Shown: positions 1 through 10,581 of the stretch, piece after piece | Position numbering within the stretch: the stretch's first letter is position 1 | Layout: every line of letters starts with the position of its first letter | Source of the DNA: Chrysomallon squamiferum | Lineage: Eukaryota; Animalia; Mollusca | Assembly: GCA_012295275.1 (NCBI GenBank) | Contig: CM022678.1 | Location: 14,756,001 to 14,820,000 of the forward strand | Direction of reading: 5' to 3' | Length of the DNA: 64,000 nucleotides | Program-made: the position numbers and the translations under genes | The notes under the pieces: generated by a model | What the model was told of the DNA's origin: nothing | Databases searched by the model: none | Seen by the model: the letters and a program-made list of their open reading frames with translations, nothing else

Positions 1-412
1 TATAAAGAAATAAATAATAAAATCAAGGAAAATCAATTTCTTGCATGTAATTTATACCGTTTTTCTTATAATTAATTAAAATGCATGCATACGTGTGTAT
101 TTATATGTGTATGTATGTGTGTTTGTTGGTTTTTCTTGTTACCTTTCTTTGTTATTTATTTTTATTAAAATTTACTTTTGTTTATATTATTGTTATGTTT
201 GTTGTTTTCATTCTGGATATTATTTAGTAATTAGAAATATATATATAAATTCTATTATAAGGAAATATTATTATTTTGTTTAATATGCAAAATAAGATTG
301 TTAGCGCCGTCACAGTTATCTGAGTTACAAATAACAGTGTCTATGAATTCCACCAACGTGATGTATTTATATTCATACGTAAATGAAGTTTCCAGTGACT
401 GGCTACGATAGA

Positions 413-413
<1 letters not shown>

Positions 414-507
<94 letters not shown>

Positions 508-526
508 CAGCAGAAGCAGCAGTAGT
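414..526. repeat. Compound microsatellite (AAT)n(AGT)n(AGC)n, one example of many simple repeats
   Basis: Directly visible. Others include (TG)n/(CA)n at 2752, 18421, 20880 and 46733, (GA)n at 54205 and 55617, and (AAT)n at 54600 and 59917. Confidence 0.95.
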
Positions 527-1620
527 AATTTAACTAAACACACTAATAAATTATCCATAAAAAAACCCACTTACTTCAGTTTCACATATCTTATTTAGTT
601 ATACTTTAAAACAATACTCTGAAATTATTACTATTAGTGTCAATATTTTATATTTTCTAAATATAAATTACAATGGTAGCTACGGCGGCAGAAAACAAAA
701 CACTTTGCAGACAATATGATAATAGTTTCTAAGTTTTAAATTTATATTATTTATTTATTTTTTTTTTTATTTTGATTTTAGTAAAATCAATCCGGATAAT
801 GTGACTTGTTAATAAGGCCGCCGTATATGCAGTTCGGAGAGAGAGATTTTGTTTATTTATTTATTTCTTCTTCGTCTTCTTTCCCGCTGTCTTTTCTTTC
901 CTAAATACAATTTTCTTCTAATTTTTCTTTTTTCTTTTTTTAATTTTAATTTTAATTTTTTTTATTATTATTATATATTTTATTCATTGGGGTTAATTCA
1001 AACAGCACAAATTGTAGCAGCCACGGGATCGCTTGCTTCCTCCACAGCTAGTTTTGCAGACCAAAACTGAAAAGTAATCATTGTTTATCTGGCTGACCAG
1101 TCGCAGGTTCGTTGCAGTGGATCAACCTTTTAGCCACTGCCCCGACACAACTTCCAGTTGTTATTTCGAGATATAGCAAAATGATATTGGAATGAGTTGT
1201 GAACCAGAGCTGCATGGTTGCAGTAAGAAATCTCAAAATTAGTTGCGAAAAAAGATATCATATCGGAATTTCCATCACAGAATGACTCATCCCGCCATTT
1301 AGACGGATTTGACCGAATCAAAGAGCTGGTATTTAAAGTGGATGTCTGCTGAATCGTGCGCCTGCGAGGCTTTAAAGGTCTTTCCAGTGAGAGGGGAAAA
1401 TTAAAGTCGCTGTGGCGGACACGGAGTCACTTAATAAAGAGTATCTTTGCTGAAGTTTAAACTATTTAGAGGGTAAGTCGTCAGAATTTTCAGTGACCTA
1501 ACGGGACTCTCTCTGGATAGGTTACCTGTTTTAAAGAGCCATTATACATGATCAAAAAGTAATAATCAAAGGATAGCGTTCTTTTATAAACAGTTGTGAA
1601 AGTATTTTGTTTTCTTAATA

Positions 1621-2110
1621 CAGTGGTACTTTGACTTAAGAGTTTAATTCGTTCCGTGACCGAATCAAATATATCAAATCAAATTTCCCCAACTGAAATT
1701 AACTGAAATACCTATAATCCGTTCCAGACCTCCAAATACCACCACATTTTTAATTTTTTTAATTTTTTTTTTGTTACGTGTTTTTCAGAAAGAAAAATAT
1801 ATTTATAAATGACAAATATTATTAAAAAAATAATAATAAAAGGGAATGTAAAGAAATAAATTAGATTTGTAAAGTGTATTTACCTTGGAGATCAGACAAA
1901 TTATTTTAACTCCTTTGGCTGGAGTTACAGCCTTTATCGACTCCTTTAACTTCAGTATGGTGCATATCGTAGAAGTACTACACTCGTACTGCCTAACCAA
2001 GTCGACTACATGCACACCGTGATTATGTTTTCTATGAATCCAAGCTTTAATTCAGTGGACATCTTCTCAGCGCTGTCCTTTGCACACATTTTCTTAGGAT
2101 CCATGGAAAT
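1621..2110 (-). mobile_element. Tigger/pogo-family DNA transposon remnant (one TIR plus N-terminal CENP-B-type HTH fragment of the transposase)
   Basis: TA|CAGTGGTACTTTGACTTAAGAGTTTAATTCGTTCCGTGACC at 1621 is a typical Tigger-like terminus. The minus strand reads MDPKKMCAKDSAEKMSTELK../HVVDLVRQYECSTSTICTILKLKESIKAVTPAKGVKII, resembling Tigger transposase N-termini. It is frameshifted and internally deleted. Confidence 0.8.
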
Positions 2111-2289
2111 TTTGCATAATACTGCAAAAACTCGAGCACCACACAACAGAGCTTTAACGTCTCACGGTGTCAACGTCTTTACTTTAATGTCAGCTGATGA
2201 AACGGAGGGGTACATCTACCCAAATGGTGAGAGAGGCTCACTAATGTGTGTGTACACCAGCAGCATTGATGACAGCAGTACATTGTCGT

Positions 2290-2735
2290 CTCATGCTTCT
2301 AATTAGAGCATTGATCTCAGGAACAGTAATTGCGTTCCATTCCCGGTTCAGAGCAATTTGTAGGTCATAGACATTAACGTTGAGCAGCCATGTTTCCGTG
2401 ACATTGCCACCGCCATATCAAGCTGAACGACGTTATCTACATCATATCGTTAGTCCCGTCGCTTGCATACATAATGCCAACAATCCACAAACTGAACACA
2501 AAATGTAAATAATGTCTGATCCCATTTTCTTTGTCGCCAGTGTTGGTGTATTTTGGCCCAACTCAGACGTTCCTGATCGTGACGCGCTGTCTGGGGAACA
2601 GCTACAACAGCGCGACGTGTTTGTAATCCAGTAGCATGGAGACAGTTACAAATTACCAAGTTTTATCACTTTATTTTAATTTATTTGGAAGCCACTGTGT
2701 TTACAAAAACTTGGTAAATGTTTTTGGTTAAGTAT
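2290..2735 (-). mobile_element. Tc1-like transposase remnant
   Basis: Minus-strand ORF 2450-2659 LHATGLQTRRAVVAVPQTARHDQERLSWAKIHQHWRQRKWDQTLFT resembles the Tc1 HTH-to-DDE linker (RL.WA..H..W....W..VLF). The DES motif is deleted. Confidence 0.7.
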
Positions 2736-2753
2736 ATATGTATATGAGTACGT

Positions 2754-2821
<68 letters not shown>

Positions 2822-3142
2822 TGTGTGTGTGGGTGGTTGTGTAAATTATAGAACTATTACTTTATTAATTATCTTGGAAAGATTCTTGCTACAAAACAAA
2901 CAAACAAAAAGAAAACAACAAACAGATTAAAAAAATTCACTGATCTTCATGGAGACATATTCACTTACTACTGAAATTCTTGTCATTAACTTAATAGATA
3001 ACGAACTCCACATGCTTAACCCTACCTTGATGGAGACTAAAAAAACAACAACATAATAATAATTAATAAAAATATGTTGCTTAAATCAACTAAATTGGAT
3101 GACTGTTTAGTTTAAATTCTATTAAATTCTATGGTTATTTTA

Positions 3143-3273
3143 TTTTTGGTTTTTAGAAATATTTTAGTTCCCAATTTCATGAACCTCTCCGACTCAAACC
3201 AATATAGATATATCTATATTGGTTTGAGTCGGAGAGGTCCATGAAATTGGGAACTAAAATATTTCTAAAAACC

Positions 3274-3278
<5 letters not shown>
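3143..3278. repeat. 136-bp near-perfect palindrome (no spacer)
   Basis: Arms are symmetric about 3210/3211 (AATATAGATA|TATCTATATT) with a single mismatch (3182/3239). Confidence 0.95.
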
Positions 3279-3306
<28 letters not shown>

Positions 3307-3349
3307 TCACTCAGACTGCTGGGGTTCATCATAGACATGTATTTCTACA

Positions 3350-4152
3350 GGTTTATTCCCGATTCTGGCATTCCCGAATCTGGCAGTGAGATTATAACAC
3401 ATCTTAATTGGACACGCCAGTTGTTCCATTTCTGGCATTTTATTGCTCACCCTTACTAATCGGTGTTTCGTCACCTTAACTGATGGCCTATCACCTTAAT
3501 TGATGTACTTTTGTTAAACTGTATTTTGTCCACAATTTGTAGGACAATCAGTCACACTCTACGCAAGAAATGTTCCAGTTTGCGGGCGTTTTTCGCTGTC
3601 TGTCGGTACAAGCTGGATTTGATGCCCTCAAACATACTCAGCTTGGAAGCTATGTCCTGTGGTGTTGCAACTTCTTCCTCTCCTCGTCATATATATTTGG
3701 GATACTGGTCAGCTCCTCCCATGCTCGCTTCCGCATGGTGTTGGTCAGTAGGTGGACAGCAACTTCGCTCTCATCCGAGGAATGGACGTGGTCTTTATCT
3801 CTCCTGACCACCGTCCCATCCGGTGTAGTAGTCACGGTGGCAAGGCACCTCGAATACAAACATCTCCACGGTACCGTACCATTCTTGTTACTAATCCGCA
3901 CCTGGTTTTCTGCTGTCCAAAATTTCTCCCTTCGCAGCCATGATCAAACATAACAAACGTCATGACTGTACAGTAATTTATATAGGTAGTATTTCCTGTC
4001 TTCACTGCTCATTAAAGTCAATCTCGCTCCCTCTGTTCTTCATGCCTCTAAATTGTCCTTAATTACTCACGCCAGTTTTCCCATTTCTGGAAGCGGATTA
4101 TAACACCTCACCGATTACATAATCTGGAGACTGCCAATTTTGGGAACATACC
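3350..4152 (-). mobile_element. Non-autonomous Mutator-like element (MULE) with FLYWCH zinc-finger remnant
   Basis: A perfect 9-bp TSD ATTTCTACA lies at 3341-3349 and 4153-4161. Imperfect G-starting TIRs: GGTTTATTCCCGATTCTGGCA / GGTATGTTCCCAAAATTGGCA. Minus ORF 3650-3901 has W-R-C-x4-C...H-x-H (FLYWCH) followed by IPNIYDEE..LPS, typical of MULE transposase N-termini. Confidence 0.85.
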
Positions 4153-4576
4153 ATTTCTACAAAGTGACAGAAAGAAATTGGCCTTTTTTTTTACATGCTT
4201 CAAAAGAAATACGGGTAACGGACCAATTATCCGGTAACTTTGGGGCCTGGGGTATTCCGGATTTCTGGATTTTCCGGTTTTCTAAATACGTAAATAATTA
4301 GGCATAAACATTTTAAAATTAAAAACTTAAAGAAAATTGACGATACACAACTGCGGCGTCATCTTCAGGTAACGTCTTCAGGTGTTTCAACGTCATCAGT
4401 TCCGAACATGATTTGGACATTTGGCAATTAAGGAATTGTGGATGAGGACGCTAGTGATCGTGGGATAATTGGGGGTCTTTACTGCTCTGTGTTTCCCCGT
4501 GTCTTCTTGATGTGCACTGATTACCCAATAACCGACATGCAATCATCACCTGAAATAAAGAATGATATGAAATAAC

Positions 4577-4647
4577 TGACTTAGGCGGGATTTGAACCCG
4601 CATCTCATGGGTGAAAACCATGTATTCTACCATTATACTACTTAAAA
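4577..4647 (-). tRNA. tRNA-Glu(TTC)-like gene, probably pseudogene (damaged acceptor stem)
   Basis: Minus strand: TTTTAAG TA GTAT AATGGTA GAAT A CATGG TTTTCAC CCATG AGAT GCGGG TTCAAAT CCCGC CTAAGTC A. Anticodon and T stems are perfect, the anticodon is TTC and A and B boxes are present. The acceptor stem has only 4/7 pairs. Confidence 0.75.
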
Positions 4648-4890
4648 TATAATTAAAATCTATTAGTCTTTAGTACTAATATTGATTATGCAATATTAAG
4701 GGTGATAATTCTATTTTTCAAATATTTCACAATATACTGTAATTATTATTTTTAATTCAAAAATGAAGTATTTTATTTCCATAATTATTTTTAAATATAA
4801 AACATGATGTTATGTAATTCCCGACCAAATGATATATAAGCTGCGTATATATCAGTTAATTTATTATTAAATAAATTCTTCTATAATATC

Positions 4891-5385
4891 ATGATGTATA
4901 AAATAAATAAATTTCACCTATTGAATATTGAATGTTGTTGGATTTTGAATCAACTCTTGATACTCTTTGAAAAACTCCTTTATTATTTTAGAACAAGGTG
5001 GTATCAATCAGAGTTGCCAACAACTACTCCATTAGATACCGTTGATTGTATCATAGCTACAATTGAAGCAGGAATATAATATTGTGCTTGAGAAAAGGAT
5101 TTGATGCTTCGATGATATATGAAGCTTATATTCGCGGTGAAGATTTAAGAAGATTTAGAACTTACTTTACACAACATCATTTGTGTTATTTGTCATAGAA
5201 TATTAAATGTACAATCAGTGACGAATGGAAACAGTATTCATGGAGAGATGGTCCATATTGGGATGCTATTTATAAAATGTTTTTTAATGTTGAAAGAAGT
5301 AAGATTTATGTCTTATAGAGCTATGCGGTCATATTTCCGTTGGTATCATGATATATTTTTAGATGATGATTCTGACGAAATATGA
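4891..5385 (+). pseudogene. Degraded intronless ORF of unknown family (cargo ORF A)
   Basis: TATATAAG at about 4833 precedes ATG 4891. Protein-like segments in two frames: ..RTRWYQSELPTTTPLDTVDCIIATIEAGI*, KGFDASMIYEAYIRGEDLRRFRTYFTQHHLCYLS*NIKCTISDEWKQYSWRDGPYWDAIYKMFFNVERS and FMSYRAMRSYFRWYHDIFLDDDSDEI*. Joining them needs about 2 frameshifts. Confidence 0.5.
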
Positions 5386-5671
5386 ATATTAAAATTAATT
5401 TTTTAGTTTAATGTAAGGATACATCAAGAAACATTGGATTTAGAAGAAGAATTAGACGACGTACGATCAGTTGAAAGAAAGAGGTTTTAAGTTTAGTCGA
5501 TATGATTTAGATCATTGTTATGCTGGTGATTGTAGTATTATCAACAGATATTTATGTTTTAACGCTATCGAAAAATGTACAACTGTACGTAGATATTTAA
5601 AAAGATTATTATTAGAAATTAAAAAAACTGATATATCTGATATATATGAAGATTTTTATCAGACAGTTTAA
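5382..5671 (+). pseudogene. Degraded intronless ORF of unknown family (cargo ORF B)
   Basis: ATG 5382 overlaps the TGA of ORF A (ATGA). The C-terminal part YDQLKERGFKFSRYDLDHCYAGDCSIINRYLCFNAIEKCTTVRRYLKRLLLEIKKTDISDIYEDFYQTV* is open, and the stop is embedded in AATAAA. Confidence 0.5.
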
Positions 5672-5785
5672 TAAATAGAAGAAAACAATCATTTAATAAA
5701 TTTAAAAAAAAAAATGTTGTGAACATAAGCAAAAGCATTTTACAGAAATTAAAATTTAATACACTGACATTGTTTTTGCTGTTTG

Positions 5786-6334
5786 TTAATATTTATCTAA
5801 CAAACTGAATTTCATTGGAACATATTTTGAAAATCTAATTGGCACAGTTTTCACAACAGTATATGGTTTCTCAGAACACATTTTTCTATAGTCTTTTCTT
5901 CTGTTTGTTAAATGTCCTTTTGTGAACACTTCCTTCATAGCCACATCCATTGTCCAATCTTGTTGATACTCTGTTGATTGTTCCCACATATCTATAACTT
6001 CTTTTGACTGACTAACTTTGGTTCTGAAAAACATCTACATTTTTTTTCTATCGAATCTAACTTCTGAAAACAAATATTGATTATATTGATGAAATGCAGT
6101 GATAATAGTTTGATAATTACATCTCCAATTTTTATTTAAATAAAAATGTCTGTAAACAGTTAACAGTCCATTGTTGTCATATTCATTAGCAAAAGATTCA
6201 AACTACAGCAAGCAACGCCAGTCAATAAAGATCCAAATATCTAATTCTATTCTGACAAAAGGCAGAATGTATTTTTCATACTATTCTTTTCTAGAGAACC
6301 ATTGATCAACATTTTCTGGTTTAGATAACTTCAT
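5786..6334 (-). pseudogene. 183-codon intronless ORF of unknown family interrupted by three in-frame TAG codons (cargo ORF C)
   Basis: ATG 6334 to TAA 5786 in one frame: MKLSKPENVDQWFSRKE*YEKYILPFVRIELDIWIFIDWRCLL*FESFANEYDNNGLLTVYRHFYLNKNWRCNYQTIITAFHQYNQYLFSEVRFDRKKM*MFFRTKVSQSKEVIDMWEQSTEY...MKFSLLDKY. Confidence 0.6.
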
Positions 6335-7353
6335 CGTGATCAATTGAGGCTTTTTTTGCGAGTGAATGAACGCCACGAGACTTGAAAGAGTAGTTCCGGT
6401 CTGGTGAGGAAAACACCCGCGCGCGCGAACTATGAAAATAAAGACGGGAAAAAACTTCCAGTTTTCTGGTCTTTCCGGATTTCAGGACGCCGGATAACGG
6501 TCCGGTACTCATATTTAAAATAAAATGTATTCTACTACATTATTATGATAACTGTGTGTATGTATTTCCTTCTGAAAAAATCCCTTATACATTTATATAA
6601 AAAACATTTTTTTATATACACATTATTGTTACATTAGTCCAAAAAGAGCTAGTTCTCGTTTGTCCTTTGAATGTTATAATAACATATTTACAATTAAAAA
6701 TCTCTCCTGCTGCTGAATCCTTTTGAAATGTCTTATTTCTCTTTGACGTTTTTGGAGTATGACAGAACTTCTTTCGGAATTCGAGGGAAACGGTTACATA
6801 TATTATTAAATGTAGGAAAACATATTTATATACATAAATAAACATAGTGTTTCAAATTTATATTAATTATTTATTAATTTATAATTATAATAGAATATCT
6901 TGGATTACGGCCTTTGTTTGCTGTTTTATTTTGGCGTTAATAACAAAGTATATTTCTAAGAGAAACCATTTTGATGACGGAATACTATTATAAGACTATA
7001 ATTATAGGTAAATATTAAATTATATTAATATTTAAATTATTAACTAATTTATCCGGAGAAATTAGAAATTATCCTAAGCAGATACTCGATGTTATAGCGT
7101 TAAATAATGCTTTTTTTTTTTTTTTTTTTTTTAATTAGGGCCAAAGAGTTGGGATTGTTCGGTGTTGAAAACGAAGATTACTTTCGTTTTGCATCACGTT
7201 TATATGACCTCATCACAATTTCGTTTACATAAGTACAATTGGTGATATTGGTTTCAATGAGTTTCTCGTTCGTGTAAGTTTAATTTTTGTAACTTTAAAT
7301 ATTGGAATGTAACTGTATTTCTGATAAGGAAGTACTGGAGGATGTACACTGTG

Positions 7354-8540
7354 CAGTGCCGGATTAACAGCGTGGCAGATGTAGCAAGTGCCCCGCGGAT
7401 CACCTTTTCAGTTTTTAATTTAATTTTTTTTTTTTTTTTTTTTAAATCATAATGACGGGTATCACGATTTTGACTATATCCTTTGGTATTTATTTTGAGT
7501 AGAGCTACGTTTTTGAACAGTTTTTCTGTTGAAATTTTCTTTCCTCAGCAGCCAGTGGACCACAATTAGTTCACTGTTGCTTTGTCGCAAATACCTTATA
7601 CGCAACCGTAAATATGATCATGAGTTTGGATTGTCATCTGACGAGGAGAAAACTGAAACGGCTGCAAACAGGTTTCGAGTCGACACATTTTTGGTGATTA
7701 TCGACAGCTTGATTTCTGCACTGAAGAAACATTTGCAAGCCTATGAGGAAATCAGTAACATGTTGGCTTCTTGCGAAATTTAGGGTCGATGTCCGATGGC
7801 AAAATCGGCGATGGCTGTCATTAACAAGTATCCAAATAAATTGGAGGCCAGTCTGGCAAACCAACTTCTACAGTTCGTGGCACTTCTCACGGAGTTTGGC
7901 AAACGGGCTGCAACAACTGACACGAGTCCTTCTCAGTCAGATGCTGCAGTTGTTGATGAGGACGACACGGCGATGACAGGCGGCGAGGCGTTGGAGCTGC
8001 TCATGTACCGTCTCATCAGAGATAACAACATTCAATCATGTTTTCCTAATATTGAAATAATGTACACATGTATTTGTTACAAAATGCACAGGAGAGCGTT
8101 GTTTTCTAAACTGAGCTGCATAAAAAACGCAGAAAGAATAACGATGGGAGAAAAACGTTTAAATATGCTGTCGTTGATGAGCATCGAATGCGAGTTGTAG
8201 AGAACGGTTGACACTACTTCCATTTTAAAAGACTTTGCTCACATAAAACCCCAAAGGCGCGATATATAACTTCATCTGAGCCCGAATTATACTTGTCATC
8301 TGGCCTAAACCCACGTTTTCGGCACATACATGAAGTTACATTATATTTTATTGGCATTTGAATTGGTTTTTAATACTGTTGGCAAAATTCCTTTTGTTTC
8401 CACAATACATCTGACTGATTTTTCAATTATTAAGGCGTTTTTATGTTGTGTGTAAAGCTATGCTAATAGAGGGCGTGGAATGAGGGCGTTTACTAGCCAG
8501 TAGTAGGGACTTGTGCTGTGTTTTGCTTAATCCGTCTCTG
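7354..8540 (+). mobile_element. hAT transposon remnant (ZMYM1/Tip100-like) with C-terminal dimerisation domain
   Basis: TIR-like ends CAGTGCCGGATTAA and TTAATCCGTCTCTG. ORFs 7529-7783 and 7796-8200 contain FRVDTFLVIIDSLISAL and FPNIEIM..FSKLSCIKNAERITMGEKRLNMLSLMSIE (hAT dimerisation domain). The flanking 8-mers ACACTGTG/ATAATATG match only 5/8. Confidence 0.85.
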
Positions 8541-8866
8541 ATAATATGAATATATTTTTACAATATTTTTACGTTTGAAAAGATTAAATAAAACATTTAG
8601 AATTTTTTTTTCTCCACATATAAGTTTTGTTTTACAATCTCTATTATTACAATATAAGTATAGTTTCCAAGTTTTGAATTTGTATTGTTTATTTACTTAA
8701 TTAATTTTCTAAACATTTCTAAGAAAAATGAAATAAATAAATGAATAAATAAAGAAAATAATAAAGAAGATAACTTAGAAGGAAAAATCAGCTTTGAGTA
8801 TAAAAAGCACATTTTTCACAAATTGCGGAGTTGAGTGTTTGCAGTAATTCTCTTCATTGAATTTAA

Positions 8867-8908
<42 letters not shown>

Positions 8909-8951
8909 TAACATTTAAAAAGATATTTTAAAAAATAATTTCGAATTCTCA

Positions 8952-9465
8952 TCAGGGGCATTTAGCGGAATTTGAATATGTAAATTAAGAGAAATGGGTA
9001 CATAAATAATTAAGTATAGGGAAATATTATAAACATAATTTAATTTATTTAATTTATAACAATATCACGACATGTTAGATTACACGTTTGTTTGTTGTTC
9101 CTTTTGACTTACATGACAAAAATTATTTCTAAGAATACAGATAGGGCAGGGATTCATAAAATAACGTGAAATACTTTGGAAATGAGAAATACAATAATAA
9201 AAACAATGTACCACAGGATTGGCAATATATATCACGTGTCCTGGGCGCCAATGGATGTGCGACGCAACTAAGCACTATTAAACTTGACTGGTATTTTTGA
9301 GATGTTTGGTGGCTTAAAACGGTAACTGTAGACATAAACGAATTCATTCAGTGGATATCGGAAGAGGTATTTATAAATAAAATCTTTGTATATAAAGAAC
9401 AAAAAAGAATTCGTCACTTTTGGTATGAGGCATTTACCTCGTTTGCCTCAATATAGCTAGGCCAA
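8952..9465. mobile_element. Possible decayed hAT-type non-autonomous element
   Basis: Starts CAGGGGC and ends GAGGCATTTACCTCGTTTGCCTCAATATAGCTAGGCC, resembling common hAT-MITE termini. No TSD found. Confidence 0.3.
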
Positions 9466-10581
9466 GTCTGGTTTACGTGAATAAAAGAAATGCTTTTCAT
9501 TATGCATAAGCGTGAACTTCCAAAAAAAAAAAAAAAATGATGCGTTGGTGAGCTGTTGAATTAAGTACATTCGAACCTAACCACATGTAAACTCTTCAGA
9601 AAAATCTTCTGCTGGCCCCAGTGAATCGGTTTCGTTACGGACGACCTGTATAAATAAATGACACATTGTGCTAACTAAAATAGAATAGGCAGTCCAGTGT
9701 GTGACTATGACTTTTTTTTCTTCTTCTTCTTTTGTTAAAATGTGATCAGCCATTTTGTTTTTGAAATAAAATGTCTTGCGCTCCATCCACGAAGGTGCAG
9801 AATAATAAAACAAAATTCACAATGTTTGGTCAGTTAAAAATTATTTATTATCGGAAAAAAAAAAAAAAAACAAACAAACAAACAAAAAAACAACAAATAA
9901 ATAATAATAATAAAAAATAATAAATTGTAGTAAAAACGTAAATTTTTTAGGAATTATAATTTATCTCAGCAGAATTTAATACATATAGGCATAAATCATA
10001 AGTAGTGGAACAGAAAATAAAAATATGTTTATAATTTAAAATCTGCAAGAATAAAGAAACTCTCACTTCTTTGTAGATGTGACATTTTTCTTGATTTCTC
10101 TTTCTTCTTTTTTAATTTATAATTTTTATAAATGACCAGAATCTAACAGACTTATTGTGAAGTTTTTCATACTTAACTTTATTTCCTGAATGTCAAACTG
10201 TAATAGGGTTGAAATTTCAATGCTGCATCTTAATTACAATATTTAAAATGTAAAATTTAATCCACAAAATATTTGGAACACTGTTCATAACAAAAATAGA
10301 TAATTCATTCACCTTGTAAGTAAAATATTTTCCAAAGGAATGTGTAAAAGTCCTGTTTCCCACATCAGAAGTTTGTTAAATATTTGTTCAAACAGCAGTA
10401 AATTCATTTACATATTGGAGCAGATATATTTCGCAAACTCTGAAAATAAAAATAAATTATATATGTATCATAATGCTGATGTTAATAACAAAATATATCA
10501 CACAGACACATTATATAACAAACATTGTCATGTTAAGATGCCATTTTGAAAATATATTGCAAATATATCTTTTGACTTGCA

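Larger units (their letters stand above)
4212..6511. mobile_element. TA-flanked TIR element (Tc1/mariner-pogo-type ends) carrying cargo: tRNA-Glu-like gene and unknown ORFs
   Basis: The left end TA|CGGGTAACGGACCAATTATCCGG matches the reverse complement of the right end TGAGTACCGGACCG-TTATCCGG at about 18/23. TA dinucleotides sit at 4210-4211 and 6512-6513, and both ends have subterminal TCCGG-rich repeats. Confidence 0.7.

Noticed and set aside
383-598. Low-complexity ORFs (also 18243, 29093, 44350, 49730, 54177, 55485)
   Set aside because: They are translations of microsatellites.
4380-4402. CTGATGA-CGTT-GAAAC on the minus strand resembling a hammerhead core
   Set aside because: No pairing stem II and no convincing stems I/III. 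It more likely encodes an acidic peptide remnant (TDDVETPED).
9577-9813. Minus ORF with a good start context and a YY1-like AAAATGGCTG
   Set aside because: No recognisable homology and no downstream exons found. It could be a promoter but this cannot be supported.
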